A DNA stretch of 64,000 bases. Origin: Selaginella moellendorffii. Its lineage: Eukaryota > Plantae > Lycopodiophyta. Location of the stretch: the NCBI RefSeq assembly GCF_000143415.4, contig NW_003314305.1, positions 1,522,834 to 1,586,833 on the forward strand. The letters are read 5' to 3'. Made by a program: the position numbers and the translations under genes. Below are positions 12,290 to 24,056 of the stretch, in pieces; position 1 is the first letter of the stretch, and the number at the start of each line of letters is the position of its first letter. The notes below the pieces were generated by a model. The model had not been told where the DNA came from, made no database searches, and worked only from the letters and a program-made list of their open reading frames with translations.

Positions 12290-13960
12290 ATACAGTACGC
12301 TTCCCATATCTATACAGCAATAGATAAAATCACAGCTCACAACCAGGTAACTTAGAGCCACACCCTACAAAATCTCCTTTTAATGCATATTGCATGCTTA
12401 TTTCATCCCCGTGGTCTGCCCATACTGATCAACAAACTTTTGATCAGTTCTTTTCATCCAACTGGAAGCCAGATGGTGGACTTATAGTTTTTAAACTGCT
12501 TATCAAAAGCTGAATTGCTCCGGATTGTTTCCGACGATTTAAAGACACCTAACTGCTGAAGTTGACTTTCCAATGCTTTTCTTCCAAACGGACTCTGCGA
12601 AGAAAACGCGTACTGGTTCCTGACTGGTTCCAGCTATAGTTTCAAAAATACTTTGATGTCAATACACACCTGAGTAACATTTGTTCGATCTAACCAGCCG
12701 ACACAATTTGTTCTAATAATGCCTTGCTGCACTTGTATAACCTCTCCAACTGGATTAGTCAAAAAGAACCTGTAAGAAGAATAAGGATATGAGCATCAGA
12801 TTTGCCTTCTCTTACACATACTGTTGTTGTGAGAAATCTTCTTTTGATGCGTCGTAAAGAATTGACAGTCGCTCGAAGTGTATGTGACCACATATACGGT
12901 GAAAATCATATTGCACATACCTGCAGAAAAAAGATTAAGTTTGCAAAAATGAAGATGAATACATTAGTACCGGAGCTTATCAGTTACCAGACTTTGCATA
13001 GCATTCCGAGTAGGCAAGACTTAGAATTCCTTTGCTACCTTGCTGGTTAAAATCAGATGTCGTAAAAACTTAAACGCCACTGTTTAGCAACAATGAGTTC
13101 ATTAGACACACCGAGGACATTGACAACCTGAAAACCACATTAAGCAGCAGGTTTGAATAGACGTTACAACATACATACATGATCCAGGTACTTGACAGTG
13201 CAGCTAAACAATTGCTGTTGCACGATACTCGATAAATTTGACACAGCTACCTTCTCGACTTTCTCGCCCAAGTCGGAGAAATATGACTTGTAGCGCTTCA
13301 AATCTGCTGTTGGCAGACAGAAGCACCAACCTGTAAAACGGAAATTTGAAACTGCAGTTCCAAGAGCTATTTGACAGTAGCCTACCGTATGTTCTTGTTC
13401 CTGAACATCAGGAGCTTCACGCAGCAGAGTACCATGTCCGACTCAACGGATTGCTCATGCACTTCATCCAGTATAAGGACGTTGTACCGAGAGGCTACGG
13501 CAATCCCTCTAGCTTTAAGCTGTTCTGGGAAAACACCAGCCGTCTGGAAGACGATTTTGGACCTGCAACATGCATTTCCTTCATTCGCCAATCAAATGAA
13601 GAACCAGACAGTACCTAGCACTTGATTTGTTCAACTGTCCAATATGAAATCCAACTTCATCCCCTAGATCACATCCTCGCTCCTCCGCCACCATCTTGGC
13701 AACAGACACCACGGCAAGGCGTCGTGGCTGCGTACAGAGAATCGGAGAGAACTCATCCTCGAGCAACATTTGAGGAGCTTTTCGCTGCAGAAATCCAAGC
13801 AGTTGAGCAACAAGGGGCTGCGATGAAGAAAAATGCCCACGAAACCTGATTCAGTCTCAGCCAGAATCAGTGTCACCCTGTTCGAGCTCACTTTATCAAC
13901 GATCGTCTGCCGGTGCAGCCGCACAGGGAGCCTCCGCGATCGGGCAACCTCTGACATCAA
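12290..13960 (-). pseudogene. DExH-box RNA helicase (plant DExH8/CCCH type), truncated pseudogene
   Basis: Motifs [46 protein letters not shown] and LILDEVHEQSVESD are present. The P-loop is degenerate (AETES) with an apparent frameshift, and the C-terminal part is missing. Confidence 0.8.
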
Positions 13961-14310
13961 ATGCGAAGATTTAGGGTTTTAAGCTTCCAAAATAATTGAC
14001 CTAATTTTAAGTTTTTGTTGACGATTGTGAGGGGTTAAAAGAGAGGTATGGGTTGGGTCTTTGGTCATGACTTTGTGACATGTCATAATTAAGTTTGTGC
14101 AATGCAATTTTTTCTCTTTACGTTGTAATACTCTTTCATCTATTTTTCCGATTTCTTTCAAGATAAATGCAACATACAAGGGTTTACAATTCTTGAAAAA
14201 TGAAACTGCAGTTTCTAAAAGATATATATTTAAAAAGCTATTATCTCTTTTATGTACTTAAGCATTTTTATATAAATTAATATGTAATTCATAAGTTTAT
14301 AATGTATGAT

Positions 14311-15588
14311 TTATGTTCTCTTATATATGTTTTTAAATGTTTTTGTTGATATTTTTTTAGATTGAAATCTGTATTCTGGTGGTGAGATGATTGATGGATG
14401 TCTTGCTCCTAGGGGACCACGAGCCTTGCCAAGTACTTTGGAGGATTTTCCCCTTGAAGCTCCAAGGGTTCCCAGTGCTGCAGCTGGAGTTGGGTCCAGT
14501 ATAGTGGCATCTGGCAGCATCCGGACGACACCGTGGTACTGTTTGGGTGGTGACCAGTTTCTACCATGGTAGCGTTCCGTACTCCACGTCCAGTGCATGT
14601 TCCCCACCATATGAGCCCCCAGAGTGTCCAAGTAAGGGGTGAGCTGGAGCTCCTTGACCTCGGGCCACTCACTTATCTCGCTGTAGAGCTCCATGAACTC
14701 GTCATTCATGGCTGAAATCATGTCGCATGCTTCGAACATTGCTTCCTAGAAAGAACACCCTCTGTTCACGCAGATCACCCATGGCAGGCTGTGCTCGTAG
14801 CTCCCTTGCATGTATTCCATCCGGAACGATCCAATGTCGTTCGTCCAGCCCCCGAAGTCCATCGCACACATCTGCAGGTGCTGGAACTTGGGATTATTGA
14901 GCAGGCTGTCTGGAAGCTCCATGTTGAGGGCGTATTCGAGCAGCACCACCAGAGACGAAGCGGCAACCGAGGCCCTCCTTTGCTGAATTTATTCTTTCAA
15001 ACTTTGTACCGGTCTTTCTTTGTTCTTACCTCTACGTTGAAGTTGCTTCATGTTGGCCGCACACATCTGCTTTACTGTGTCCGCAAATCGTTCCTGCTGC
15101 TTCACCGTCATTCCCCTACGGAAACTCTTCCACAATTCTGCGAAGAAGAAACTGAACCTGGTTGCGTGGGAGTTAAGCAGCAAATCGTTCTCCTCAGAGG
15201 CCAAACTAGAGCAGCTGTTGCTGCTGGTCATGATTTTCATCAGCTTCGTGAAGAAGTCATGAGCCTGTTGGATCCTGCTGGATTCCATGCTGAACTGTGT
15301 GTTTGATGCGTCGTCGAGGCAGTTGTCAACAATTGAGTACCACGCCACGAAGTTACCAATGTCTGAGACGCGTTCCTTGAGTCCATATGGATTCATCACA
15401 CATGCCAGGAGAGCGTACTTCTCATTTACCAGCATCTGCTTCTGGAGCTTCGACTCTGGACGAGCACATTGAAGAGCCCAAGCCTTCACTGATTCTGCGA
15501 TTTTGTCGTAGGCCGGGTGGTTTTTGAGAGGAAAGGAACAACGCACCTTCGGAAGATAAAACTCCCTGATGGGCTGCCGATGAGCCAT
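14311..15588 (-). pseudogene. Microbial terpene synthase-like (MTPSL) gene with two nonsense codons
   Basis: One intronless frame from ATG 15588. It has DNCLDD (DDxxD-like), NDIGSFRME (NSE motif) and WTWSTERY (WxxxxxRY). In-frame stops: TAA at 14989-14991 and TAG at 14746-14748. Confidence 0.88.
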
Positions 15589-16410
15589 TTTGCAAAACAC
15601 AAATGTAAGAGAGAACAGAAGTGAAGAATGATAATTTCTAAGGACCTCTGCCTCCAACTTATATCCAATGTTAATCAGCAATGAGAATACTAACAAGTCG
15701 TTAGTATCCAAGATAATCAGACTTATTAATAACAACCATTCCAAGCATATGCAATTTCGACAAGAGACTGGAAGTCTTTGCCAACCTAACAGCAACAGAT
15801 GACTAGTTATCTTCCAAGCATATGTATCTCAAACAATACGTGAAAAACACGTTGCGACTGTTGACTCAACAACGCTCCATCCAGCCCGTCATGACCTCAA
15901 AGGACTCGTAACAAAATCTTCTCAAAGGATGACCTTGACTGCCGTTCGGTTTATGGACAAGCCAGCTCGGCAGTCCGGGCCATGAGTTTTCTTCAATCAT
16001 CGTTGCACGACGACAGACTGAGATCAATCCATGGGGTTCGAGAGTCATTATATTGGTTTCCTGGTAGATTCATGTCATGCTCACTCTAGAACATTATTTC
16101 TAAGTTATGTCCTTGTAGTCATAAAGTCTCAAAACGATGATTACTTATCTGGCTTTTGAGTTGTGCTCAAGTTTGTGTTAATTTAAGTTCTTGGGCTAGA
16201 TACAAGGTTAACTATGTTGCTTCTTTGGTTTTAACCAGAATTTATTTGAGTATCCAGGTCTGAAAGTGAAAGTAAGGCTAAACGTGAAACTCAATTTGTC
16301 CACCAGCATTTAAAACTCCCCAAACATGGTAAGAGGTTATGTTAACATATGATCAATCATTGGGGAATTTAAGTAGAGTAATTTGATACAAGTTCTAAGT
16401 TGATCTTCAT

Positions 16411-17470
16411 CAGTCCAAAATGTTATTTTTTACCATTAAATATTTCCCTTTAAAACATTTATGATTCATATGGAATAATGTATATAATTGTTAAACGCTT
16501 TAGGCAGAATAAAAATAATTAGCATCTTAATATGTGAATAAGGAAAAATGACAAATTAAGTTATCTGTTAAAATAATATATTTAATAAATATAAAAAGTC
16601 CCTTTGAAGTTCTAAAATTAAAAATAGTCTTTTAAAACATTTCAATTCATTCATATAATTTAAACTTAATTTTAAAATAAAATTGAATAATATCTATCTC
16701 AAGTTTTAAACAAAATCTTGTAAAAAATGACCTAGATGACAACTGTTGATATCCACTTGAATTTAAATTTGGAACAATAAAATCATCTCACTTAGATCAT
16801 CATCTCATAAGGAGGTTCACAAGTATGTCTTAGAATTGATCCCAAGAACATGACCAAATTATAAAACGGAAATACACTTTTATTATTTTATGACAAAATG
16901 TTTCAAACTGGTAAATTATGGAAAACCATGTCTTTTAACATGTCTTTCTATCAATGTAACTTCTCAAAAAAGTAGTTGTCAACTTCACAATGGCAAATTG
17001 TGGTTCTTTCCATTCAGTATAAGCTACTCTTTGTCAATGAATTTGTTTGACAATGGGGAACACATTTGATTGTTAGCAGTTTCTTAATACGGCTTTATGG
17101 GATGGAGGCTCAAGCTTTGATGCTCGCTCAACATTAGCTCAACAAAGGTTTGTCATTCTTTAGTTCAGATCATCCAATTCATTCCATGTTGTTAAAATTT
17201 TTGCAAATTGCTCAAATTCTGCTCACAATTCCCTTTTCTTACACACAAGCAGGCCTACCCTCCTCAATAGTATTTCAGGTGCTCCACTTACTAATGGATT
17301 GGTGGGGAGGCTACATAATTAATGTTCTCTACTTGACATATCAAGAGAAGCACAACCTTCTGTTCACACAACTGAAAGTGCAATACTTAGGTAGATTCTA
17401 CTTTTAGTACTAAATTGGTGATTTGTTTTCTTCTTTTGCAGCTGCATGAGGTGTTGGGTGGGCTTCTAGG
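16411..17470 (+). pseudogene. Inverted partial copy of the divergent AUX/LAX gene (upstream region plus exons 1-3)
   Basis: Encodes LWDGGSSFDA and IAQILLTIPFSYTQAGLPSSIVFQV. It ends abruptly at a solo LTR. Confidence 0.85.
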
Positions 17471-17620
17471 GAATATAGAAAATGTGCATATCAATTAACG
17501 CAAAAACTTTAGATTATATATAAGAGCAAGTGGTCTGGATTGAACTAATTTGATGGCTATTAAATTTCTACTATGTTAATATTAGTATATAGCATCATAG
17601 CTATACACTTGAACCTCATA
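17468..17620 (-). mobile_element. Diverged solo LTR, same Gypsy family
   Basis: GAATATAGAAAATGTGCATATCAATTAA...AGTGGTCTGGATTGAA...CACTTGAACCTCATA is a reverse-complement match to the LTR. Confidence 0.8.
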
Positions 17621-17870
17621 CTTCTAACTTATAAAAATATAATTATATTTTAAATTGAAAAATAATTTTAGAATAATAAGATGAAGATCAAAATCCAAAA
17701 TCACTACTTTATTTGTGAAAAACTTTGGTGAAAGTATAAACATAAAACATATAAACCCTTCTTCTTTCTTTTACATCATTTAATATAGAGGGTCATGAAT
17801 TGTTAAACCACTACTAAATTTCTTGAGGTTTCGATCCACGCTTCTTTTGATAATAATCAAATGATTCTTC

Positions 17871-19997
17871 TTAGTTTGCTTCGAAGATCTCAGCCAAGAG
17901 AACGTAGGCCGCCGTGTGATGCTCTTTCTCGCGATCCAGCCTCATCACTGCATCAAACGCCCTCTTCCCAATCTCCGAGTTCTTCCACTTCTGGCACGCA
18001 CCCAGCACTGTCATCCAAGTCACCGCCGTGGCCTTCACCGGCATGCTCTCCACCACCTCCACCGCCTTGTCGATCTGGTTGGCGCGCCCCAGCAAATCGA
18101 TCAAGCAGTTGTAGTGCTCAATCCCTGGCCGGATCCCAAACTTTGAGCTCTGCATCTCCAAGAAAATCTCTCGGGCCTTGTCCACCAGCCCGGCTCGGCT
18201 GCAAGCGATTTGCAGCGACAGGAAAGTGATGGCGTTTGGACGAACTCCTGCTCGCACCATCCCCTTGAAGAGCTCGAAAACTCTTGAATGATCTCCCTGC
18301 CGGCTGTGTCCTGCCATGACTGCACTCCACATCTCGATCCCTCTCGACGAAGCCGAGTCGAAAACCACCTGAGAGCCGACTGTGCTGCCACACTTCCCGT
18401 AGAGATCCACCAGGCTGCTTTGTATGTGAGCTTCCAGCTCCAGTCCCAGCCTACAAACGTCACCGTGGATTCTTTTTCCAGCTGCCAAGGCTGCCATGTC
18501 CGCTGCTGCCTGGATCACTGCTACGAAAGCCTGGGAGCTTGGAATCCATTCTTCGAAGTACCGCATTTGCGAGAAGAGCTCCAAGACCATCTTGGCCCTG
18601 TCGTTCTGCGCATAACCAAACATTAGAACTGTCCAAGAGACCAGATTGCGGTGCTTCATACCGTCGAAGACTCTTTGAGCGTCAGTCATGCTGCCACACT
18701 TCGCATAGACGTCGATCAGCGTGTTGGCCACCATGATATCCACGCCATGTTTTGCTGCCTCGGCGTCTACTCGAGAGTGTATAGCCATAGCCGTTTCCAG
18801 AGAGACCACCTTCGCCACCTTTCCATTGACGAACTGGCACTCTTCTTCCTCGGAGAAAGCACTGCATGCTTCGAGTGCCGCTAGGAAGCTCGAGCGAACG
18901 GGCACGCAGCCTTCCGCGAGCATCGTCTCGAATAGTTTCAGCGCCGTCTTACCGTCTCCATTCTGTGCATACCCGAGAATGAGCGAATTCCACGACACAG
19001 TGTCGTGGATCTTCATCCTGTCAAACACCCTTCTCGCATCGCCCAGGCTCCGGCACTTGCAGTACATGTCGACTAGAGAGCTTGCGACGCAAAGGTCCAG
19101 CTCAAGCCTGCTTCTCCAAGCCTGTACGTGGATAGCCATCCCAATCTCGAGCGAAGCCACTTTCCTGACCTTGCCACCGAGAATGCCTTCAGCTTCTTTG
19201 TCAGCAAGAACGGTGCAGGCCTTGAGTACCGCGAGGAATGTAGATCGAACAGGTAAGCAATCCTTAGACGACAACATGTAGCAAAATAACTCGAGAGCCA
19301 GCCTACCTTGACCGTTCTGTGCATATCCAAGTATCAGCGTGTTGTATAGCACCGAGCTCTTCTTTGGACTCCTGTCAAACACCTCACGAGCATTGTCCAT
19401 CGTCCCACACTTCGAGTACATATCTGCCAGAGTCGTGATCACGAATATATCTGAGTCGAAGCCGAGCCTGGCAGCCTGAGAGTGAAGAGCGATTCCCTTC
19501 TCCAGAGATACCATCTTCACAGGCCTCCCATCAGCTTGCTTTGCTTCTTCGTTTGCTGCGAGGCTTGTGCAGGCTTTGAGCGCAGCTACGAAGGCTTGAG
19601 CATTAGCAGCACAGCCTGTTAACTGCATCGCCTCGAACAGCTCGAGAGCTACTTTCCCCTGTCCATTCTGAGCGTAGCCGAGTATTAGCGCAGTCCACGA
19701 GACAACATCGTGCCGAACCATCTTATCGAAAATACTCCGAGCAGTCTCCATGCTCCCACACTTCGCGTACATATTCACCAGGCTGCTAGCTACGTAAATA
19801 TGTGTGTCGGCGCCGCTCTCGGCAGCCTCAGCATGAAGCCTCCTTCCCATCTTCAAGTCCCCGGAGCTGCTCGCGGACTTCAGTTCCGCCAGCAACGTAC
19901 TTATCCTCCTTGGCAGTCTTGACAGGCTTGTGCCTTGAAAGCTAGCAGCGTCTTTTGCTGGAGTAGCACGCACTCGGCTAGATTCCATGCCTATCAT
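17871..19997 (-). CDS. PLS-class pentatricopeptide repeat protein with E-type C-terminus (organellar RNA-editing factor type)
   Basis: 708-aa intronless ORF with repeated LV.MY.KCG....A..VFD.M...DVVSW.ALI.GYAQNG motifs. It ends in an E-like region with no DYW domain. Confidence 0.95.
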   Translation of the reverse strand: MIGMESSRVRATPAKDAASFQGTSLSRLPRRISTLLAELKSASSSGDLKMGRRLHAEAAESGADTHIYVASSLVNMYAKCGSMETARSIFDKMVRHDVVSWTALILGYAQNGQGKVALELFEAMQLTGCAANAQAFVAALKACTSLAANEEAKQADGRPVKMVSLEKGIALHSQAARLGFDSDIFVITTLADMYSKCGTMDNAREVFDRSPKKSSVLYNTLILGYAQNGQGRLALELFCYMLSSKDCLPVRSTFLAVLKACTVLADKEAEGILGGKVRKVASLEIGMAIHVQAWRSRLELDLCVASSLVDMYCKCRSLGDARRVFDRMKIHDTVSWNSLILGYAQNGDGKTALKLFETMLAEGCVPVRSSFLAALEACSAFSEEEECQFVNGKVAKVVSLETAMAIHSRVDAEAAKHGVDIMVANTLIDVYAKCGSMTDAQRVFDGMKHRNLVSWTVLMFGYAQNDRAKMVLELFSQMRYFEEWIPSSQAFVAVIQAAADMAALAAGKRIHGDVCRLGLELEAHIQSSLVDLYGKCGSTVGSQVVFDSASSRGIEMWSAVMAGHSRQGDHSRVFELFKGMVRAGVRPNAITFLSLQIACSRAGLVDKAREIFLEMQSSKFGIRPGIEHYNCLIDLLGRANQIDKAVEVVESMPVKATAVTWMTVLGACQKWKNSEIGKRAFDAVMRLDREKEHHTAAYVLLAEIFEAN

Positions 19998-21423
19998 AGG
20001 CTCAATGAGAGGAAATCCTCTGCCAGAACAACGCTGTCCCTTCCAAACGCACGCTTGGCCGGATCAAGATAAGCCGTCGCAGGAAGTTTTGAAGTCCCCT
20101 AGAAGCGGATGCAAAAATAAGTTTCAGACAATATACAGAAGAGGCAATCGGGAAGACTCACAGCGTTTCGGTTCAAATGTGTTAGAACCAGCACCTTGGC
20201 ATTCATAGATTTCGCAAAACTTCCGGCCATTTCTGCAAGGAAACGTTTGTTCACCTCCACAAACACAGTGAAAGAACTACCTGGAGTCGAGTGAGTTTCC
20301 TTGTTACAATTACCAAGTGTTGCCTCGTGCACCACAACATCGGCATCTCTGCCTGCTGTGGTGAGAGCTTTTGAGTTGGCTGTGTCACCAAGAATCACTG
20401 CAAAAGAATTTAACTTCGTATAGTTCGTGTATAACACGAACTTACCAACTTTTCGGCTTCCTCTGGTAGTTTCGCCAGCGCTTTCTTTTTCCGCCTCGCT
20501 GACAGAAGAAAGAACGTCACTTGGAGAATGTAAGAAGACTCATCTACCTCTTGACTTCTGTTAGCACATATCCCCAACAGGGAACATTGTGGGTCAACAA
20601 ACCAGCTTTGATGTCAAGCGTTTCGTCTTGAAGTCTGCATCATCAAAAGAAAATAAAAACCGACAGAGAGTTGAAAAGGTTGCATACACATGCCAAACAC
20701 CGTCTCCAGAGCAGCTTATATCATTTCCCGGTAATTCATCGTCGTGAGGATTAGCTGGGACATGCAAGGACGCAACTCGTTCCAAGCTCTTTTCCTTAAG
20801 AAAAAAAAGAAAAAAAGGCTTGAATCACAACAAAATCTGGAGATCTCGTGCACACCTGAGTAAGGATGAGCTCATGGACTTTGTACTTGGATGGAACTTT
20901 CGCACGGCACGACTTTAAGCTCATGCGCAGCCAGTCGCGAATTCCTTGGGGTCCATAAATCTCCGCATTGACTCTAAACTTGGCAGCACACAGCAATGCT
21001 ACAAAGAAAACAAAAAACAAAATGCTGTAAAGAATCGCAAAACGAATCGCCAAGAACAACGTACCTGGAAGTCCCCAGACCTACACGACAGAGAAAGGAA
21101 GGAAAAAAGAGTCACAGTGAGCTGCTCGAATCGAATCGCGCAAAATCCTTACGTGATCCCCGTGCATATGCGTGATGAAGATCCTGTCAATCGCGCTGCC
21201 GGAATGCCGCGATTCCTGCAGCTGCCGGAACGATCCCTCGGCGCAGTCGAATAGCTGCATAATCTTCCCTGAGAAACCAAAATCTCACACAAAGAATGCT
21301 CGCGCTCGAAATCTCACCTATTTTGAGCAGCACACACGAAGAATTCCTCCGCGGGGATGGATTCGCCGCAGTGCCGAGAAACACGAGCTCCATTGCGCGG
21401 CGCCTCCCCGCCATTCTCCCCAC
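19994..21423 (-). CDS. tRNase Z (short-form RNase Z, metallo-beta-lactamase fold), multi-exon
   Basis: Motifs MELVFLGTAA, LFDCAEG, IFITHMHGDH, IYGPQG, ILGDT, DVVVHEAT, HSTP and VLVLTH. The last exon reads AFGRDSVVLAEDFLSLSL* with TGA at 19994-19996. Confidence 0.88.
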
Positions 21424-21973
21424 CCTGCTCTAGGGTTTAGGGCTTATCGAAGAGTTGACCTAAGGGCTTATGGTCAATGGAGAGTTGACCAATCCATGGT
21501 TCGAATCCTACCTAGCAACCCGTCAAACGAAACGAGTTTTTGCCATATCTTCACGTGGCGCTCAACACTACACGCGGAAATTCGCCGCTCTCCGTTGACT
21601 AGTCAGCAATTTGGTCCTGGACCGTCGGATCTAATCGCCACGCGCGCTGGGCCGTCGGATCAAGAACAATTCCATTAGCCCTAGGAAGCTTTCCTCTTCC
21701 CTCTCTCTTTGTCGCGTCAGTCCTGGATTGCTGATCGATCCTTAGCTTAGGTATCGGGAGAATGAGAAATCTGTGACGGATTCTCTCGCGAGGAGTCAGG
21801 TCTGCGAGGGATTTGATTGAGCGAGCATCGCATCGAGAAAATGCGGAGATCCAGCTGGGGAATCGCTGGCCTCTTTCGTGAGTGGAGATTCTCGCTGTTC
21901 TAAGGTGGGCAAGGTTTCTTGTTCCAGAGGGGAAGTTTCGGGCGAGGAGCTCCTCTGGGATTTCTTTCTAGCC

Positions 21974-23795
21974 ATGGGCGGAGGAGAGAAATTGGAGTTT
22001 TGGCGATCTTTCTTCAGGGATTTGGAGCACGATCTCTGGACGGTGATCGACCGGGGCATCGCGATCGCGGCGGCGGACTTCCCCGACAAGCTTAGGGAGA
22101 GGCGCGATGGGATCGCCGAGAAGCTATTTCAGCAAATCGCTTGCCGGGCGGGGCCGATCGAGGAGGAGGAGGAGGAGGCCGCGGTGCTACGGGGATCGGT
22201 GAGCCGCCACAGCGAAATCTCTCCAGCCATCACGGCGTGCGATCACGAGTATGGGAATTCCGTGATGGACATGGGCAGTGGGAATCGCGAGGGCGATGTC
22301 AAGGAAGTTTTCAAGATTAAAAAGGAGCTGGTAGATCTTGATAAGGTATGCAAGGATTTCTTCTTCTCCCTCTTCTCTCCATTTTTTTTCATTCTTTCCT
22401 CTCCTTTCTCTCTCTCTCTCTCTTCATTCTTCTTGCTCTTTCTTTTTGCCTTTGTCCTCACGCGTTGTCTCCCTTGTGACAGAACGATGACGACATTTTA
22501 GAACTTCTTGTGCGATTGACAGATTTAAATCTCTCGATCGAGACTCTGAAGGTAAACAAGAGAATTCGTTACTAGGGGGATTTTTTTTCTTTCTTTCTTT
22601 CACTCGAGAAGCTCTTGGGATTCACGCGGTTGTTTTATTCTTTGATATGTTTTCCAGGCGACTGAGATTGGCAAGCCTGTGAACAATCTGCGGAGACACG
22701 GCTGCGATCAAATAAAGTCGGCCGCCAGGAAACTTATCCGGTAAAAAGAAGACAAGCAAAGAGTTGAGGATGATGGATCAAAGTTTCTTTCACTGCAGAT
22801 CGTGGAAGGCTGTAGCCGACGAATGGGCCAAAAGTCTAGACGACGTGCAAGGTCTGCTAGTTGCTCTTGCAAGTTTTTGTTTTTCCTCGTGTTCTAGAGT
22901 TTGATTTGGAAACGAATTGTGGTTTTCTCACAGGAAACGATGAACAATGCACACCGGCACCACCACCCATTGACGAAGACGAGCTCTTCGCGACCACTTT
23001 CGAGATGACAAAGGTTTGCAAAGAATTTTTCTATTCCATTTTCTGAGCGCTCTTGTTTGGATATGATCGCAGCTCATAGATCTCATGGATAATAGCATGG
23101 ATAACAACATGGGTGAGTTTCATATCCTTGTCACACGAGATTCTTGCCGCCTCATGCGTTACGTTAATGGAGTGACTCATCGCTTTTTCGTTTTTGTCTT
23201 TCTTTTTTTATCGTTTCCTCAGCGACGGGGTGCTCGATCTCGGCGGACGAATCGCCACTCAACTCATCGAGCCGCGCCTCGCACTCACCGATGCCAGTGT
23301 CCCCATTTTACAATAATTCTGGGGACCACTTCCGGCCGAGCGGACTTAAACATGCCAGGAAAGATGAAAGGAAGCCACCGATGCTGGATGCCTCCTTCCA
23401 CAGAAAAAAAGAGAGGCCACAGCAACAATCGGTACAGTTTGGTCGCTAAAGACTAGAATTCCTTGGTCTTCTCACACTCTCCTTTGTTTTTTCTTCGTTT
23501 TTTCTCCAGAGACGAGAAAGTGATCATCCTGAGAATGACAAGCTCGCGGCCGCAAAACGTAAACTGCAAGAAGGCTACCAACGAGCAGAAACTGGTAATT
23601 TCTTTTGCTTTTTCTAGTTCCCAACTTTTTACGTTTTGTTTCTCTTTTTCAGCTAAGAAGAACCGGACTGTTCAAGTCATGGATTTGATGGATCTTCCCA
23701 AAGGAACGGGAGGGCCAAAGGCAGTAAAACGGGCTCCCGGTGGAACGAATAACAGTAATAACAAGCCTCCTCACGGTTTGCCACACCGAAGGTGA
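21974..23795 (+). CDS. Mediator subunit 26-like / TFIIS N-terminal domain protein, multi-exon
   Basis: FWRSFF...WTVIDRGIAIAAADFPDKLRERRDGIAEKLF; LKATEIGKPVNNLRRH...AARKLIRSWK; AKRKLQEGYQRAE..KKNRTVQVMDL. Confidence 0.85.
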
Positions 23796-24056
23796 AATTC
23801 TGGCAAATTTTTCTACGTGTAGCAGGATGAGAGACAATCTGTACAATAGTAAAAGAAAAAAGATTAAATATACAATCTATGCTCTAGACCAAAGCTCTAG
23901 AAGCTAGAAGTTTTAATAAACTTCCTAGACTCGTGGAGCTTCTCAAACCTCAGAAAGAAGAAAGGATTTGATTGGAAGGGTGATCTTCCCAAAGAACTGC
24001 GTGAAACTTTAACCAACTTTATCCCTTGGAAAGAACAAAGGCCTACCTTTTGATTT

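Noticed and set aside
14746-14991. MTPSL stops repaired by RNA editing
   Set aside because: Plant C/U editing is organellar and this is a nuclear locus. TAA to Tyr is not a U-to-C change.
14311-17871. Terpene biosynthetic gene cluster around the MTPSL
   Set aside because: No P450, prenyltransferase or other tailoring genes lie nearby; the neighbours are unrelated fragments.
17861-19922. Plus-strand ORFs opposite the PPR gene, and likewise opposite the receptor genes and GME
   Set aside because: Antisense shadow ORFs of real coding sequence.
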